From NCBI RefSeq assembly GCF_009914755.1, contig NC_060936.1: a stretch of 64,000 nucleotides of DNA; one strand, written 5' to 3'. Shown one piece after another: positions 1-21,284 of the stretch. The position numbers and the translations under genes were made by a program. The stretch comes from the human T2T-CHM13v2.0 reference genome, Homo sapiens. Each line of letters opens with the position of its first letter. Within the stretch, counting starts at the first letter, position 1. The notes below the pieces were generated by a model. That model did not search any database and was not told the origin of the DNA. It saw only the letters and a list, made by a program, of their open reading frames with translations.

Positions 1-9
1 TATGTACTT

Positions 10-128
10 GTCTTAGTGAGCTTGGGCCACTATAACAGAATACCATAGACCGGTGGTATGAAAGAGAGACATTTATTTCTCACCGTTCTAATAGCTGGAA
101 GTCTCAGATCAGAGTGCCAGCATGGCAG
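10..128 (-). mobile_element. MLT1A-like (MaLR) LTR, first part; resumes at about 2263-2418
   Basis: GTCTTAGT...ataacagaataccatagaccggtgg...atttatttctcaccgttct...gctggaagtc pattern typical of MLT1A-type LTRs. Confidence 0.6.
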
Positions 129-409
129 AAGTGTGGGTCCCTAGGGACTGTCACTCATCATTTCCCCATTGTGGGGAGCCTCCCTTGGCTCCATGGCAAT
201 CCTGGATGGGCAGCTGCTCTGTGTCGCTCTTCTTTGCTCTCTGTAGGTTATGTGGCTTCTGTGATGAATCCCAAAGTGTCCTCCTTCAGGTCATGTAAAT
301 TTGTTCTTGGAGTCCTGTCAAATTAACCACTTTACCAGTGAGGGCTTTCTACTAGCCTTGCAGATGACTGCCTTCTGGAGAACTCATCTCTCTTTTTTTT
401 TCCTCTCTC

Positions 410-768
410 TCTCTTTTTTTAAATTTTTTTTTAAATTTTTTTATTATACTTTAAGTTCTAGGGTACATGTGCACAACGTGCAGGTTTGTTACATATGTAT
501 ACATGTGACATGTTGGTGTGCTGCACCCATTAACTCCTCATTCTCCCAGTGCTATCTCTCCTCCCTCCCCCCACCCCACAACAGGCCCCGGTGTGTGATG
601 TTCCCCTTCCTGTGTCCAAGTGTTCTCACTGTTCAATTCCCACCTATGAGTGAGAACATGTGGTGTTTGGTTTTCTGTCCTTGTGATAGTTTGCTGAGAA
701 TGATGGTTTCCAGCTTCATCCATGTCCCTACAAAGGACATGAACTCATCATTTTTTATGGCTGCATAA
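410..768 (-). mobile_element. L1PA 3' end fragment
   Basis: poly-T, then ttattatactttaagttctagggtacatgtgcacaacgtgcagg; ORF2 C-terminus YAAIKNDEFMSFVGTWMKLETIILSKLSQGQKTKH on the minus strand. Confidence 0.95.
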
Positions 769-1519
769 TTTTCACATAGCTTCGTTTCTACAATCACAAC
801 ATTCCTGAGGTAAACAGGCAAGGTGTAATCATTCTCTTTTTACAGAGGGAGAACAAGGAACTTAGGGAAATCAAAATGGGGACACTAACAGGATTTCTGT
901 GGAAATTTAAGTAAATGAGAATTTGTAGTAAATTTTTTATCCTAAAACAAATAACTCACTTTGGCCGAAAAATGGGATGTTACCCAAGGTCCCCTACTGG
1001 GCCGGCGGAGAAAAGGACCTGCCTCCTACAGGGGCACAAACAAGGCAGACTAGGACCCAGCAGTCGGCCAAGGCCCAAGGGTCTCCAGTAAGGAAAATGT
1101 AAAATGTGAGTGTGTGAGACTGGCCTAAGATATAGGAAGAGCAGTAAAGAGAAGAAAACTGACGAGCAGAGGGGGAAAAGAATTATTAAACATGGTCAAG
1201 GAGCAAGGAGCACGACAAAGCCTCAGGATTTCTTCAAGGGATACTGCTGTGCCAGGTCTCAAGGGCAGAAGGATACAAGCACAAGACACCAGGGCCACCA
1301 AGCTGATGGGGTTACTGAGCCTCTGGACAGCACCTTCTGATAGGAAGCAAGGAAGCACACTACAAAGGCTGCAATCCTGGAGGCTGAGACAGTCAAGAGG
1401 GAGTGGAAGGGCCTCTGCTGCTCTGGGAAGGTATCTTATAGGGCAAATAAGCTCTTACTGTGTGCCTAAGAGAAAGGAAGAGGGAAGCGAGGCAGGTGTC
1501 ATGGCCTTAAGAACTTTCT

Positions 1520-2255
1520 AGAGGTTTCTATTTATTGACATTTGACCTAGACCTCTTCATGAGCAAGGCGCAGCCTTGGGCTACAGGTAGGAAAGTCAGC
1601 ATCCTACTCTCTCCTCAATTCCATCTGTTAATCCACCAACCCAAATCCCTCCCACCCCCACCTGAAGTCCAAATAAGGTAAAATGATAAAATGATGTGCT
1701 GTTCTCTCAACAGTTGGCTGAGTCTGAATTGGAGGGTAGGAAGCATTTGAAGCTCTGCCCATTTAGTTCCAGAACAAAAAATAAGCAGAGGCAGGAGGTG
1801 GAGAGCAAAGACGCTGGCAGCCCTGCGTCTGGTCTTTATAGCTGTGTCTTTGGATTTGTAGGCCACTCCTCAACTTTTCAGCTCCCGCACGATTCCTTAG
1901 GGCAAGCGACCAGTGGTTGACACCGCATATACACCTGGCTTAAAGTTATTGACTCGCTGCCAGTTGGAGACCCAGCTGTCCTCTGGACTCATCATCGCAA
2001 TGATTCCATCAAAGGAGGAGCTGGTGCAGCCATATAGCATCTCTCAGTTACCCTTCATCTGTAGATATGCATCTCAATAGTCACAACCATCATATTCAAA
2101 CTGGTCTATAGTACCTTGACCAGTGAACACAGCAAACAGGCCCACAGATGCCACAGGTCCTTCAGCACCGTCTCCAGGGCCATCTTCTCCAATGAGAAGA
2201 GCAACAGCAAGGAAGATGGCCACAGCCTGAGCACCCGCAGGAAGTAAACAGCTCG
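1520..2255 (-). pseudogene. SUPT4H1 (Spt4/DSIF p14) processed pseudogene; CDS remnant about 1831-2183; 3'UTR-like sequence may extend further toward ~800
   Basis: Minus strand from ATG 2183 reads [113 protein letters not shown], i.e. intronless SUPT4H1 with a +2 frameshift and 4 stops; AATAAA (minus) at 1531-1536. Confidence 0.93.
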
Positions 2256-2262
2256 TTAGCCG

Positions 2263-2418
2263 GGTCTCTTCTTATAATTCCATCATGAGGACCCCATTCT
2301 CATGACCTCATATTAAACCTAATTACCTCCCAAACTTTTGACCTCCAAATGCCATTACGTTGGAGGGTAGTGCTTCCACCAATGAATTTTGAGGAGATAC
2401 AGACATTCACTCCCTAAC
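2263..2418 (-). mobile_element. MLT1A-like LTR, second part
   Basis: cccattctcatgacctc...aacctaattacctcccaaa...atgaattttgaggagatacagacattcactccctaaca. Confidence 0.65.
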
Positions 2419-2849
2419 AGTGCTATAAATGAAGTCAGGGACCCTGATGGTGTCTTTATCACAGAATCTTACATTTTCTTTGTCTTTGCCTTAACACAAC
2501 TCTTTTTGCTCACCTAGAAAGTTCTTGGGATTTAATTAACTGCTCTATCATCTCTTCCTCAACTCGAAAACAAAGGTTGCTGTGTCTTCACATGCCATGT
2601 ACACACAAGGTATACTTTAAAAGTTTTTGTTCATTGTTCACATTGTCTTTTGCTCTCTTAGACTCAACTTTTTATTCAGTCCAGAGAACTTTTTAGTATA
2701 GAACTCACCCCAAGAATATAACTGCCTTTGAAAATATAATATTCACAAAAAGAATTTAAAAAGAGGGGACATTTACTAAATTTTTATTGGGCATAACAAT
2801 TATTTCTTTTAGGGCGTTGCTAAATTTTTTGTCTAAATGAAAAAAAAAA

Positions 2850-3000
2850 CAAATTGAGAAATTCCACATTTCACACTGATCTAGTGATCTCAACATACTT
2901 GTGGGTTTCTACTAACTGTTGTTTGGTATTGCTTTCTCAATTTCCTTTTTTTTTTTTTTTCGCCTCATCTCCCGGAATGTATCAAAGGAAACCCCTGTCT
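2850..3000 (+). promoter_or_regulatory. CLEC4D: CLEC4D proximal promoter with C/EBP-type motifs
   Basis: ATTGAGAAAT 2853-2862 and TTTCTCAAT 2933-2941 fit C/EBP consensus, 250-340 bp upstream of the ATG; TSS cannot be fixed from sequence. Confidence 0.5.
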
Positions 3001-3191
3001 TTGAAAAAGACTTCTTTTGAGCTAACTTTCTTATACTGGTACCTTTCTAATCTCACTACAATATGTAACATTGGTGTTCGATCTCAAGTATTTCTGAATA
3101 TATTCCCCTATCCACAGAAATATACTCTGGGGGAAAAAAAATAGAACAAATTCTTGCCGTCCTGACCATTGAACAAGAGACTAATTAGACA

Positions 3192-10730
<7,539 letters not shown>

Positions 10731-10891
10731 AAACTCAGAAAGTGGTCCTTGTGATGGAAAGAGAAAAGAAAAACCAATTAGAATAAGGCAGAATGTACGT
10801 GCGTCATTGGAACACAGAAAACATGCTGGTTCATACAGCGTTTTTAGTCATAATGGTCTTTTTTATTTTGTTTGATTCATTCGAGACAACA

Positions 10892-10918
10892 TGTGTGTAT
10901 GTGTGTGTGTGTGTGTGT
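10892..10918 (+). repeat. (TG)n microsatellite in CLEC4D 3'UTR
   Basis: tgtgtgtatgtgtgtgtgtgtgtgtgt. Confidence 0.9.
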
Positions 10919-11798
10919 AGATAATGTGGTTTTTGTATGGTGTTTGATGGAAGGAATAATCTTTCTTTGCTTTCTTAGTAGTATTTCAAGGTGTTTACTT
11001 TTCAATTGGTGTGCACTGAATGCATGTATGGAAGAATAGCGTGAATAATGCAATCTCTTTGTCATTTTTCCCCTTCTCAGACTCTTAGCTCTTAAAATTC
11101 AAAGATGGGATATTCTAACTGGTAGTGGTGCATCATTTTTAACCCAAATATTGCAAGCACTTTAAAGATTTGAAACCACATTTTTATTGTTTGATGTTTC
11201 ATTTTCAGACTTTTTAATGTCAGTCATTACAATTACATTGCATGAGGAAAATTTTTCCAGAACAACAGTGTGGAATAGTTCTGAATTATGCTGTTCTACA
11301 GATAGAAAAAAAGTCCAAATGCCTTTAAAAATTTACTTCTTACTCCACCCAACACGTTTTTGCAAAGCAAGAAGTCTTTGTAAGACACCTTAAACAAAGT
11401 CCTTCAATTCTACAGCAGAGGAAATAAAATCCCCCAGAAGCCAAAGGGCTCACCTTCACATTGTTAGTTCATGACAGACCCAGGTGTGCTTCATTAGAGA
11501 TAACATACATTCCCTTTGGTATCACAGGAAGTTACTGGGGATTACTCGACCTCATTACTTAGCTAACGACTGGATAAAATTTCTTAATTGTTTGAAGTAA
11601 CATTGTATTCGTGTTTGCATTATTAATTTGAATAGAAAATAATCACATTTTCAACCCATTTATACAAATTGTTAATGTTTCTTTAGAGCTGTATAACTAT
11701 AGTTTGAACTAGCAAGGAAGTTATTGTTTTGACAACCAGAAATTATGCTTTTCTGGTGCATGAAACATTAATTGCAAAGGGCAGTCACATCCAACTTT

Positions 11799-11804
11799 AA
11801 TAAA
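11799..11804 (+). terminator. CLEC4D: Likely CLEC4D polyadenylation signal
   Basis: AATAAA ~1.07 kb after the stop, followed by T-rich downstream sequence. Confidence 0.65.
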
Positions 11805-12212
11805 ATATGGTGGTCTTTCTTAAAATTTTCAATTTGCTAATTTTTCCTGGATCTAAGCTGAAAAATTCCAAGCAACAGCTTTTTAACCTAACTTTCCTAC
11901 TACTGCTTTTAAAAGCAGTATTTATTTTGTAAATTAGCTACTGATTTTTTGGGTTTGAAATACTGGTGTTTGATTGTGTGGTGGTGGTGGTGGTGATGGA
12001 TGCGTGTAGCTGTGTTAAAAGCTGATACTTTTAGCTGAAATGGTGCTAAATAAATTTGACTGTGTTTGCCATATTCACTAAATTATGTAGCATGAAACCT
12101 ATGAAACTTGTTGAAGTAACTTTATGTAAATGCTAGTGGGCTTCGTATAGTTAATATTATCCATTTTTAATTTGTAAAGAACTATATATAGGTTGAGCTT
12201 CAGTTGTCAATA

Positions 12213-15200
12213 AGTCATGAAGTTTTGCCCATGCCTGTGTCCTGAATGGTATTACCTAGGTTTTCTTCTAGGGTTTTTACGGTTTTGGGTTTTACATTTA
12301 AGTCTTTAATCCATCTTGAGTTAATTTTTGTATAAGGTGTAAGGAAAGAGCCCAGTTTCAGTTTTCTGCATATGGCTAGCCAGTTTTCCCAGAACCATTT
12401 ACTGAATAGGAGATCCTTTCCCCATTGCTTGTTTTTGCCAGACTTGTTGAATATCAGATGGTTGTAGATGTATGGTGTTATTGCTGAAGTCTCTGTTGTG
12501 CTTCATTGGTCTATATGTCTGTTTTGGGACCAGTACCATACTGTTTTGGTTACTGTAGCCTTATAGTATAGTTTGAAGTCAGGTAGCATGATGCCCCCAG
12601 CTTTGTTCTTTTTGCTTAGGATTGTCTTGGCTATACAAGCTCTTCTTTGACTCTATATGAAATTTAAAATAGTTTTTTCTAATTCTGTGAAGAATATCAA
12701 CAGTAGTTTGATGGGAATAGCATTGAATCTATAAATTGCTCTGGGCAGTATGACCATTTTCACAATATTGATTCTTCCTATCCATGAAGATGGAATGTTT
12801 TTCCATTTGTTTGTGTCCTGTCTTATTTCTTTGAGCAGTGGTTTGTAGTTTTCCTTGAAGAGGTCCTTCACATCCCTTGTTAGCTGTATTCCTAGGTATT
12901 CTATTCTCATTGTAGCAATGGTGAATGGGAGTTCATTTATAATTTGGCTCTCTGCTTGCCTATTGTTGGTGTAAAGGAATGCTTACGATTTTTTCACATT
13001 GATTTTGTATCCTGAGACTTTGGTGAAGTTGCTTATCAGTTCAAGAAGTTTTTGGGCTGAGATGATGGGGTTTTCTAAATATAAAATAATGTTGTCTGCA
13101 AACAGAGACAACTTGACTTCCTCTCTTACTATTTGAATATGCTTTATTTCTTTCTCTTGACTGATTGCCCTGGCCAGAACTTTCAGTACTATGTTGAATA
13201 GGAGTGGTGAGAGAGGACATCCTTGTCTTGTACCAGTTTTCAAAGAAAATTCTTCCAGCTTTTGCCCATTCAATATGATATATTGGCTGTGCGTTCGTCA
13301 TAAATAGCTCTTATTATTTGAGATACGTTCCATCAATACTTAGTTTATTGAGAGTTTTTAACATGAAAGGATGTTTAATTTCATCAAAGGCCTTTTCTGC
13401 GTCTATTGAGATAACCATGTGGTTTTTGTCTTTGGTTCTGTTTATGTGATGGATTATGTTTATTGATTTGCGTATGTTGAACCAACCTTGCATCCCAGGG
13501 ATGAAGCTGACTTGATTGTGGTGGGCAAGTTTTTGATGTGCTGCTGGATTCAGTTTGCCAGTATTTTATTGAGGATTTTCGCATCAATGTTCATCAGGGA
13601 TATTGGCCTGAAGTTTTTTTTTTGGTTGTGTCTCTTCCCAGTTTTGGTATCAGGATGATGCTGGCTTCATAAAATGAGTTAGGGAGGAGTCCCTCCTTTT
13701 CAATTGTTTGGAATAGTTTCAGAAGGAATGGTACCAGTTCTTCTTTGTATTTCTGGTAGAATTCAGCTGTAAATCCATCTGGTCCTTGGCTTTTTTTTTT
13801 TGTTTGGTAGTCTATTAATTGCGGCCTCTATTTCAGAGCTCGTAATTGTCTATTCAGGGATTCAACTTCTTCCTGGTTTAGTCCCGGTAGGGTGTATGCA
13901 TCCAGGAATTTATCCATTTCTTGTAGATTTTCTAGTTTATTTGCTTAGAGGTATTTATAGTATTCTCTGATGGGGGTTTGTATTTCTGTGGGATCAGTGG
14001 TGATATCCCCTTTATCATTTTTTACTGTGTCTGTTTGATTCTTCTCTCTCTTCTTTATTAGTCTAGCTAGTCGTCTATCTACTTTGTTAATTTTTTCAAA
14101 AAACCAGCTCCAGGATTCACTGATTTTTTGGAGGGTTTTTCATGTCTCTATTCTCCTTCGGCTCTTCTCTGATCTTAGTTATTTCTTGTCTTCTGCTAGC
14201 TTTTGGATTAGTTTGCTATTGCTTCTTTAGTCCTTTTAATTGTGATGTTACAGTGTCAATTTGAGCTCTTTCCAGCTTTCTGATGTGGGCATTTAGTGCT
14301 ATAAATTTCCCTCTTAATACTGCTTTAGCTGTGTCCCAGAGATTCTGGTACATTGTATCTTTGTTCTCATTGGTTTCCAAGAACTTCTTGATTTCTGCCT
14401 TAATTTCGTTATTTACTCAGCTGCCATTCAGGAGCAGTTTGTTCAATTTTCTTGAAATTGTGTGTTTTTGAGTGATTTTCTTAATCTTGAATTCTAATTT
14501 GATTGCAGTGTGATCTGAGAGACTGTTTTTTATGATTTCAGTTCTTTCGCATTTGCTGAGAAGTGCTTTACTTCCAATTATGAGGTCAATTTTAGAATAA
14601 GTGCCATGTGACACTGAGAAGAATGTATATTCTGCTGATTTGGGGTAGAGAGTTCTGTAGACATCTACTAGGTCCACTTGATCCAGAGCTGAGTTCAAGT
14701 TCTGAATATCCTTGTTAATTTTCTGTCTTGTTGATCTGTTTAATATTGACAGTGGGGTGTTAAAGTCTCCCACTATTATTATGTGGGAGTCTAAGTCTCT
14801 TTGTAGGTCTCTAAGGACTTGCTTTATGAATCTGGGTGCTCCTGTATTGGGTGCATATACATTTAGAGTAGTTATCTCTTGTTGAATCGTTTTGTTTACC
14901 GTTATGTAATGCCATTCTTTGTCTTTTTTAACCTTTAGTCTGTTTTGTCAGAGACTAAGATTGCAACTCCTACTTTTTCGTTTCTTTCCATTTGCTTGGT
15001 AAATTTTCCTCCATCCCTTTATTTTGAGCCTTTGTGTGTCTTTGCATGTAAGATGGGTCGCCTGAATACAGCACACCGATGGGTCTTGAGTCCTTATCCA
15101 ATTTGCCAGTCTGTGTCTTTTAATTGGGGTATTTGCCCATTTACGTTTAAGGTTAGTATTGTTATGTGTGAATTTGATCCCATCATCATGATGCTATTTG

Positions 15201-17580
15201 GTTTTTTTGCACTTTAGTTGATGCAGTTTCTTCATAGTGTCATTGGTCTTTATATTTTGGTCTGTTTTTGCAGTGGCTGGTACCAGTTTTTACTTTCCAT
15301 ATTTAGTGATTCTTTCAGAAGCTCTTGCAAGGCAGGCCTGGCGGTAACGAAATCCCTCAGCATTTGCTTGTCTGGAAAGGATTTTATTTCTCCTTTGCTT
15401 ATGAAGCTTAGTTTGACTGGATATGAAATTCCAGGTTGAAAATTCTTTTATTTAAGAATGTTGAATATTGGCCCCCAATCTCTTCTGGCTGGTACAGTTT
15501 CTGCTGAGAGGTCTGCTGTTAATCTGATAGGCTTCTTTTTGTAGGTACCTGGCCTTTCTCTCTGGCTGCCTTTAACAGTTTTTCCTTCATTTTGACATTG
15601 GAGAATCTGATGATTATGTGTCTTGGAGTTGATCTTCTTGTGGAGTACCTTAATGGTGTTCTCTGTATTTTGTGAATTTGCATGTTGGCCTGTGTTGCTA
15701 GGTTGGGGAAGTTGTCTTTGATAATATCCTGAAGTGTGTTTTCCAGCTTGTTTCCATTCTTCCTGTCTATTTCTGGTACCCCAGTCAATCATAGGTTTGG
15801 TTTTTTTATGAAGTCCCATATTTCTTGGAGGATTTGTTTATTCCTTTTCATTCTTTTTTCTCTATTCTTGTCTGCATGTCTTATTTCAGTAAAGTGGCCT
15901 TCTAACTCTGATATCCTTTCTTCCACTTGGTCAATTTGGCTGTTGATACTTTATACTTCATGAAGTTTTCATGCTGTGTTTTTCAGCTCCATCAGGTCAT
16001 TTATCTTCCTCTCTAAACTGGTTATTCTAATTAGCAATTCATCTAACCGTTTATCAAGGTTCTTAGCTTCTTTGCATTGGGTTAGAACATGCTCCTTTAG
16101 CTCATCATAGTTTTTTATTATCCATCTTCTATAGATTACTTCTATCAATTCATCCATCTGATCCTCTGTCCAGTTCTGCACTCTTGATGGAGAGATGCTG
16201 TGATCATTTGGAGGAGAAGAGGCACTCTTGTCTTTTGGGTTTTCAGCATTTTTTCAATGATTCTTTTTCATCTTTGTGAGTTTGTCTAGTTTCAGTCTTT
16301 GAGGCTGCTGACCCTTAGATGGGGCTTTTGTGGGGGCCCTTTTGTTGTTGTTGTTGATGCTGTTGTTGTCACTTTCTGGTTTTTTTTCTTTCAATGGTCA
16401 GGTCCCTCTTCTGTAGGGCTGCTGCAGTTTGCTGGGGGTTCACTTCAGGCTCTGTTAATCCAATTCACTCCCGTGCTTGCAGATGTCACTCAAGGAGGCT
16501 GGAGAGCAGCAAAGACGGGTGCCTGCTCCTTTTTCTGGGACCTCTGACCTTCAGGAGCACCAACCTGATGCTAGTAGGATCACTCCTGTATAGGGTGTCT
16601 GACAACCCCTGTTGAAGGGTCTCACCCAGTTGGGTGGCACAGGGAGTAGGACCTGATTAATGAAGCCCTTTGTCCCTTGGTGGAGAGGGTGTGTTTTGCT
16701 GGGGTTAAACCCACTCATCTGGGCTGCCCGGATTCCTCAGAACTACCAGGAGGAGAGGCTAAGTCTGCTGATCTGCAGAGACTGTAGCCACCCCTCTCCC
16801 TAGGGGCCCAGGCCCACGGAGAACCAAATTCTGTCCCCGAGCCTCTGGCTGGAGTTTTTGGAGATCCTGCAGGGAAGCCCTGCCCCCTGAGGAAGGCTGT
16901 GTCAAGGTTAGGCCTGAAGAGGCACTCTGGCCGCAGACTGCCACAGCCAGTGTGTTGGGCTGTGGGGACAAATCTTGGGACCAAGCTCTCCAGCCTCCCT
17001 GGCTCCGCAGGGGAAAAGCACAGCCTGAAGCTACAGAAATGGGTGCTTCCCTTCCGCCGCCCAGGGAGCTTTGCATGTTAAGCAGCTGTGAGTCCCAGTG
17101 CTGGCTACTGCCCCTCCCTCAAAGAGCGCAAACGGCTTAGACAGCAGGCAGCCACAGCCAGTGCTGGTCGCCCTCCGCCCGCGCTCCCCCACCCCCAGGA
17201 GTTCAGTAGGCCTTGGCACATTCCAGCTGAGAGCCGGTGAGAGTCGCGCGTTCCAGGGTTGGGATGCTAGGCCCCGGTGGCGTGCGTTTGTGAGTGGGAT
17301 CTTCCAATCCGTAAGTTACACAGTTCCGTGGAAAAAGCACAGTTTCCCTGGCTGGGTAGTGTGCTCACCGACTGCCTCCCTTGGCTCGGGGGAGGGGGTT
17401 CCCTTTCCCCCATGTGGCTCTCAGGTGGGCCGCTGCACCGCTCTGCTCTTTCTTCTCTCCGTGGGTCACACCAGCCTTCCAGTCAATTATGATGAGACAG
17501 CCTGGGTATCTTGGTTGCGGGTGAAGGATCCACTCACTTATTGCGGTTTTTTTCCGTGGGAGCCTCAAAACACCACTGAC
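12213..17580 (-). mobile_element. ~5.4 kb L1PA (L1PA8/8A-like): 5'UTR, ORF1 and ORF2 EN/RT; 3' end missing
   Basis: ORF1 pieces (KLENTLQDIIKDNFPNLA...RSTPRHIIIRF), EN (GDFNTPLS...YSKID...SDH), RT ([17 protein letters not shown]...SLFADN), [14 protein letters not shown]; many stops and frameshifts. Confidence 0.95.
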
Positions 17581-17957
17581 TGAGAGGTGGGGCATTTAAG
17601 AAGCAATCAGATAATGAGGGTTCTATCCTCATGAATGAATTAACTCCCAGTTATAGAATAGTGGATTAATGGGTTGATGTATTAATGGGTTATCATAGGC
17701 AGAAAACTGGTGGCATTATAAAAAGAGGAAGAGGGACCTGAGCTAGCATGTTAGCACACGCAGCACCCTCACTGTGTGATCCCTGTACCACCTTGAGGCT
17801 CTTTAGAGAGTCCCTACCAGCAAGAAGGCCCTCACCAGACACAGCTTTTTGACCTTGGACTTCTCAGCCTCCATCACTATAAGAAATAAATTTCTTTTCT
17901 TTATAAATTTCTAGTCTCAGATATCCTGTTATAAGCAGCAGAAAATGAACTAATACA
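17581..17957 (+). mobile_element. MST-family MaLR LTR, 5' truncated
   Basis: ccagcaagaaggccctcaccaga...ttggacttctcagcctcc...aataaatttcttttctttataaa...gaactaataca. Confidence 0.8.
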
Positions 17958-18682
17958 CATCCATAGTCTCTTTTAGTCTATTCTGAACTCTCATGGCACC
18001 TCATCACAATCTCTTCAAGACAAAGACAGTAATTTCATAAAAATAGGTTCTAATTATTTTAGTACATTATGGTAGTCCTAGAAGCTTAAAATTCTTAAAA
18101 ATTTCAAGCAGTGTTTTCATTTTTGAAACAGTAATATATGTGTGTTAAAAAGGCAAACTGTAAAAACATTAGTAAACGTAGAAGATAAATAAATCTTCTA
18201 ACCTGAACTCTAGTTACTGAAATGCCTCTTCAGAGTAACTATGATTATCAGTTTCTTATTTACATTTCCATAAATGGTTATACTATATGTACTACATATA
18301 AAGTGTATAAGAATATATACTATATATAAACTATGTACTATACATAATAAACATATAATTACATACATGTTATATACTAAACATATATAGATATATAATC
18401 CACATTTTAAATATGAATAGAAATATAATCTACATATTCTTAAACATTTGCATTTTTTACTTAACAATATAGTTTTGATTTATATCTTGTTCTTATAAGT
18501 GAATAGCATTTATATTGCATTGTTGCAACATAATTTGAAATAACCTTAAAATTACAAAATATTTTCTTTTTTAATAACACTTAGCAAAGTAATGGCTGTG
18601 AAGCAAATCACCAGAGCAATCTCCGTTCAGATTGGGAAAGGAAGGAAATTTTCCAAGGAAGATTTTTTTCCCTACAAAATTA

Positions 18683-19086
<404 letters not shown>

Positions 19087-19834
19087 GATGTCAATATTAA
19101 CTCCATAAAAAGCAAAATGTAATTAAAAATATGTAGTAAGAATACAGCAAATGGTTCAGCTGTGAATAATATTTACATATTCATACCAGTGCAAATGTTG
19201 AATACTGATTTTTAAATAAATGATTATATAGTGATAGCAGGGGGATGGGAAAGAGAGAGAGAAAGAAGACTATTCTTGTTTTCATTAGTGTGGAGCTCAT
19301 AGAAATTATCTAAAACTGAAAAAAATCAAGGAATTATAGTATAAACTTTTGATAGAAATAGAAACATGGAACTCAATAGAAAAGAAGCATCTAAACGGTT
19401 GAATACGATTGCCACTTAGGTGTGGGAATCAGAAGTGGGCAGGAAACAGCTATTTTTAATTACAATCCTCTAGAAGAATTTGTTTTTTTAAACAATGTGC
19501 ATATATGTACATAGTGTGCAAATCTATTAATGTAATTAATCTTATCAACATTTTAAAAGAGCTGCTAAAGCATCATCTAGTAAAATCAATAAACCACTTA
19601 GTGTTAAAACATTTAACAAAGAAGAAATGAAAGGAATTTTCTGCAGGATGTCTACCCCAAACCTGTAGCAACTATTAGATTTAATGGTAAGCCATTAGAA
19701 GCATTTTCTTTAAGTTTAAGAACAAAACTATAGCAGCTTTATGCAACAATATGTTGGCATTCCTAGCCAGCTCAATATGACCAAAAGAACTGGAAGGGAG
19801 TTTTAAAAACCCACAACTATCATTATTTCTAGAC

Positions 19835-20162
19835 CAGAACTGTCCCAGGGAAATATAGTGAAAGGCAAAAATGTGAGTTGCATATGTCTAAATTTTCCAG
19901 TAATTATATCAAGAAAGCAAAAAAAAAAAAAAAAGCCCGAAGAAGTGAAATTAATTCTAATAACTTATTTTATTTGAACAAACATATCTAGAATATTATC
20001 ATTTTGACATGTAATCCATATAAAATTCTTAGTGACATATTTTATATTCTTTTTTCAAATTATCAAAAAAACTAGTGTGTATTTTACACTTACAGAATAT
20101 CTCAATTAGGATAGTGCTTAATAGTCTACTGTGGCTGGTGGCTACTGTACTGGATAGCTCAG
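19835..20162. mobile_element. MER33-like DNA element
   Basis: gaagtgaaattaattctaataac...gtggctggtggctactgtactggatag. Confidence 0.65.
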
Positions 20163-20399
20163 TGTTTTAGACAGTATAATTATCTACACAGAAAATAAAA
20201 GGGAATGTATGGACAAAATGTTTTAAAAAATTAGGAAAGTTAAACAGTGTTTCTGGATAAATTATTATTATACAAAAATCAACAATATAATACTCTGCAA
20301 AATGTACAAAATAATATTACACTTACAATGGCAATACAATTCTAAGATACCCAAGAGTAAACCGTGCGAAATTTTAAAGTTGGTTGCACGACATATATG

Positions 20400-20780
20400 C
20401 TGACCCGCTCAGGCTCTACCTCTCCATCCTGTGCTGAATGACCTGTGTGGACATCCACCTCACCCTGCCCGGTGCCCTGTGGCCCTCCTAGATAGTCCTC
20501 CTGCTTCGGCTCAGACACCTTTGCTCAACCACCCCCACGTATGGGCGTCCTCCTCACTCTAGCTCAGGCTTTGAGACTTTGGGACAGTCCAACCCCCACC
20601 AGGATGCCCTGCTGAACCCACTGGCGTTCTGACATCCTTACTGTCTCCTGCTTCCCCCACAATCTCCCCTTTACACTGTCTGGGATCTAACTCTCTGAGG
20701 GGTAGTCATGCGTCCCTCTCCCCCTCCCGCATATACATGCACACACGTATAAAGACCACCTTGCTCTGCTCCACCCACGT
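20400..20780. repeat. Ancient internally repetitive C-rich element (MamRep605-like)
   Basis: recurring degenerate unit like gcgtcctcctcactctagctcaggct / gatgccctgctgaacccactgg / catccacctcaccctg. Confidence 0.4.
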
Positions 20781-21284
20781 GCAATGATTTTAGGAGTCAT
20801 TATCAGGAAACGGAAAGGTAGAAAAGGGGATTGGGAAACAGGAGAGCAAAAACATTTGACTTAATTGTTGATTGTTTATAATTTTTTGTTTGTTTTGTTT
20901 TGTTTTTTACTTCAGAGGGACCTTCTGGGAAATAACTCTTTTTCATAATCTATAAAGGCTGTAACATTCTTGAACTCAGTAATTCTTCAATTTCACTTCA
21001 ATTTTTTAAACGTTTGAGGTAATGAATGTGCTAATTACCCTGATTTGATTAATATAGAGCATACACATGTATTGAAACATCGCATTGTATCCCACAAATG
21101 TGTACAATTATTATGTGTCAATCAAAACCAAAATAAAATTTAAAAAATTAAAGTATTATCTGTTGTATAATTCCTTTCTAAAAGTGTGTCAATGCATGTG
21201 TGTATGTGTGTATACATGTAAATATATATATATATTTGGGTTTTTTTAACTCTTTGTTTTTCCATCTTTTCATCTAACTCTTGA

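Noticed and set aside
12213-17580. Possible active L1
   Set aside because: Both ORFs are disrupted and the 3' end is absent
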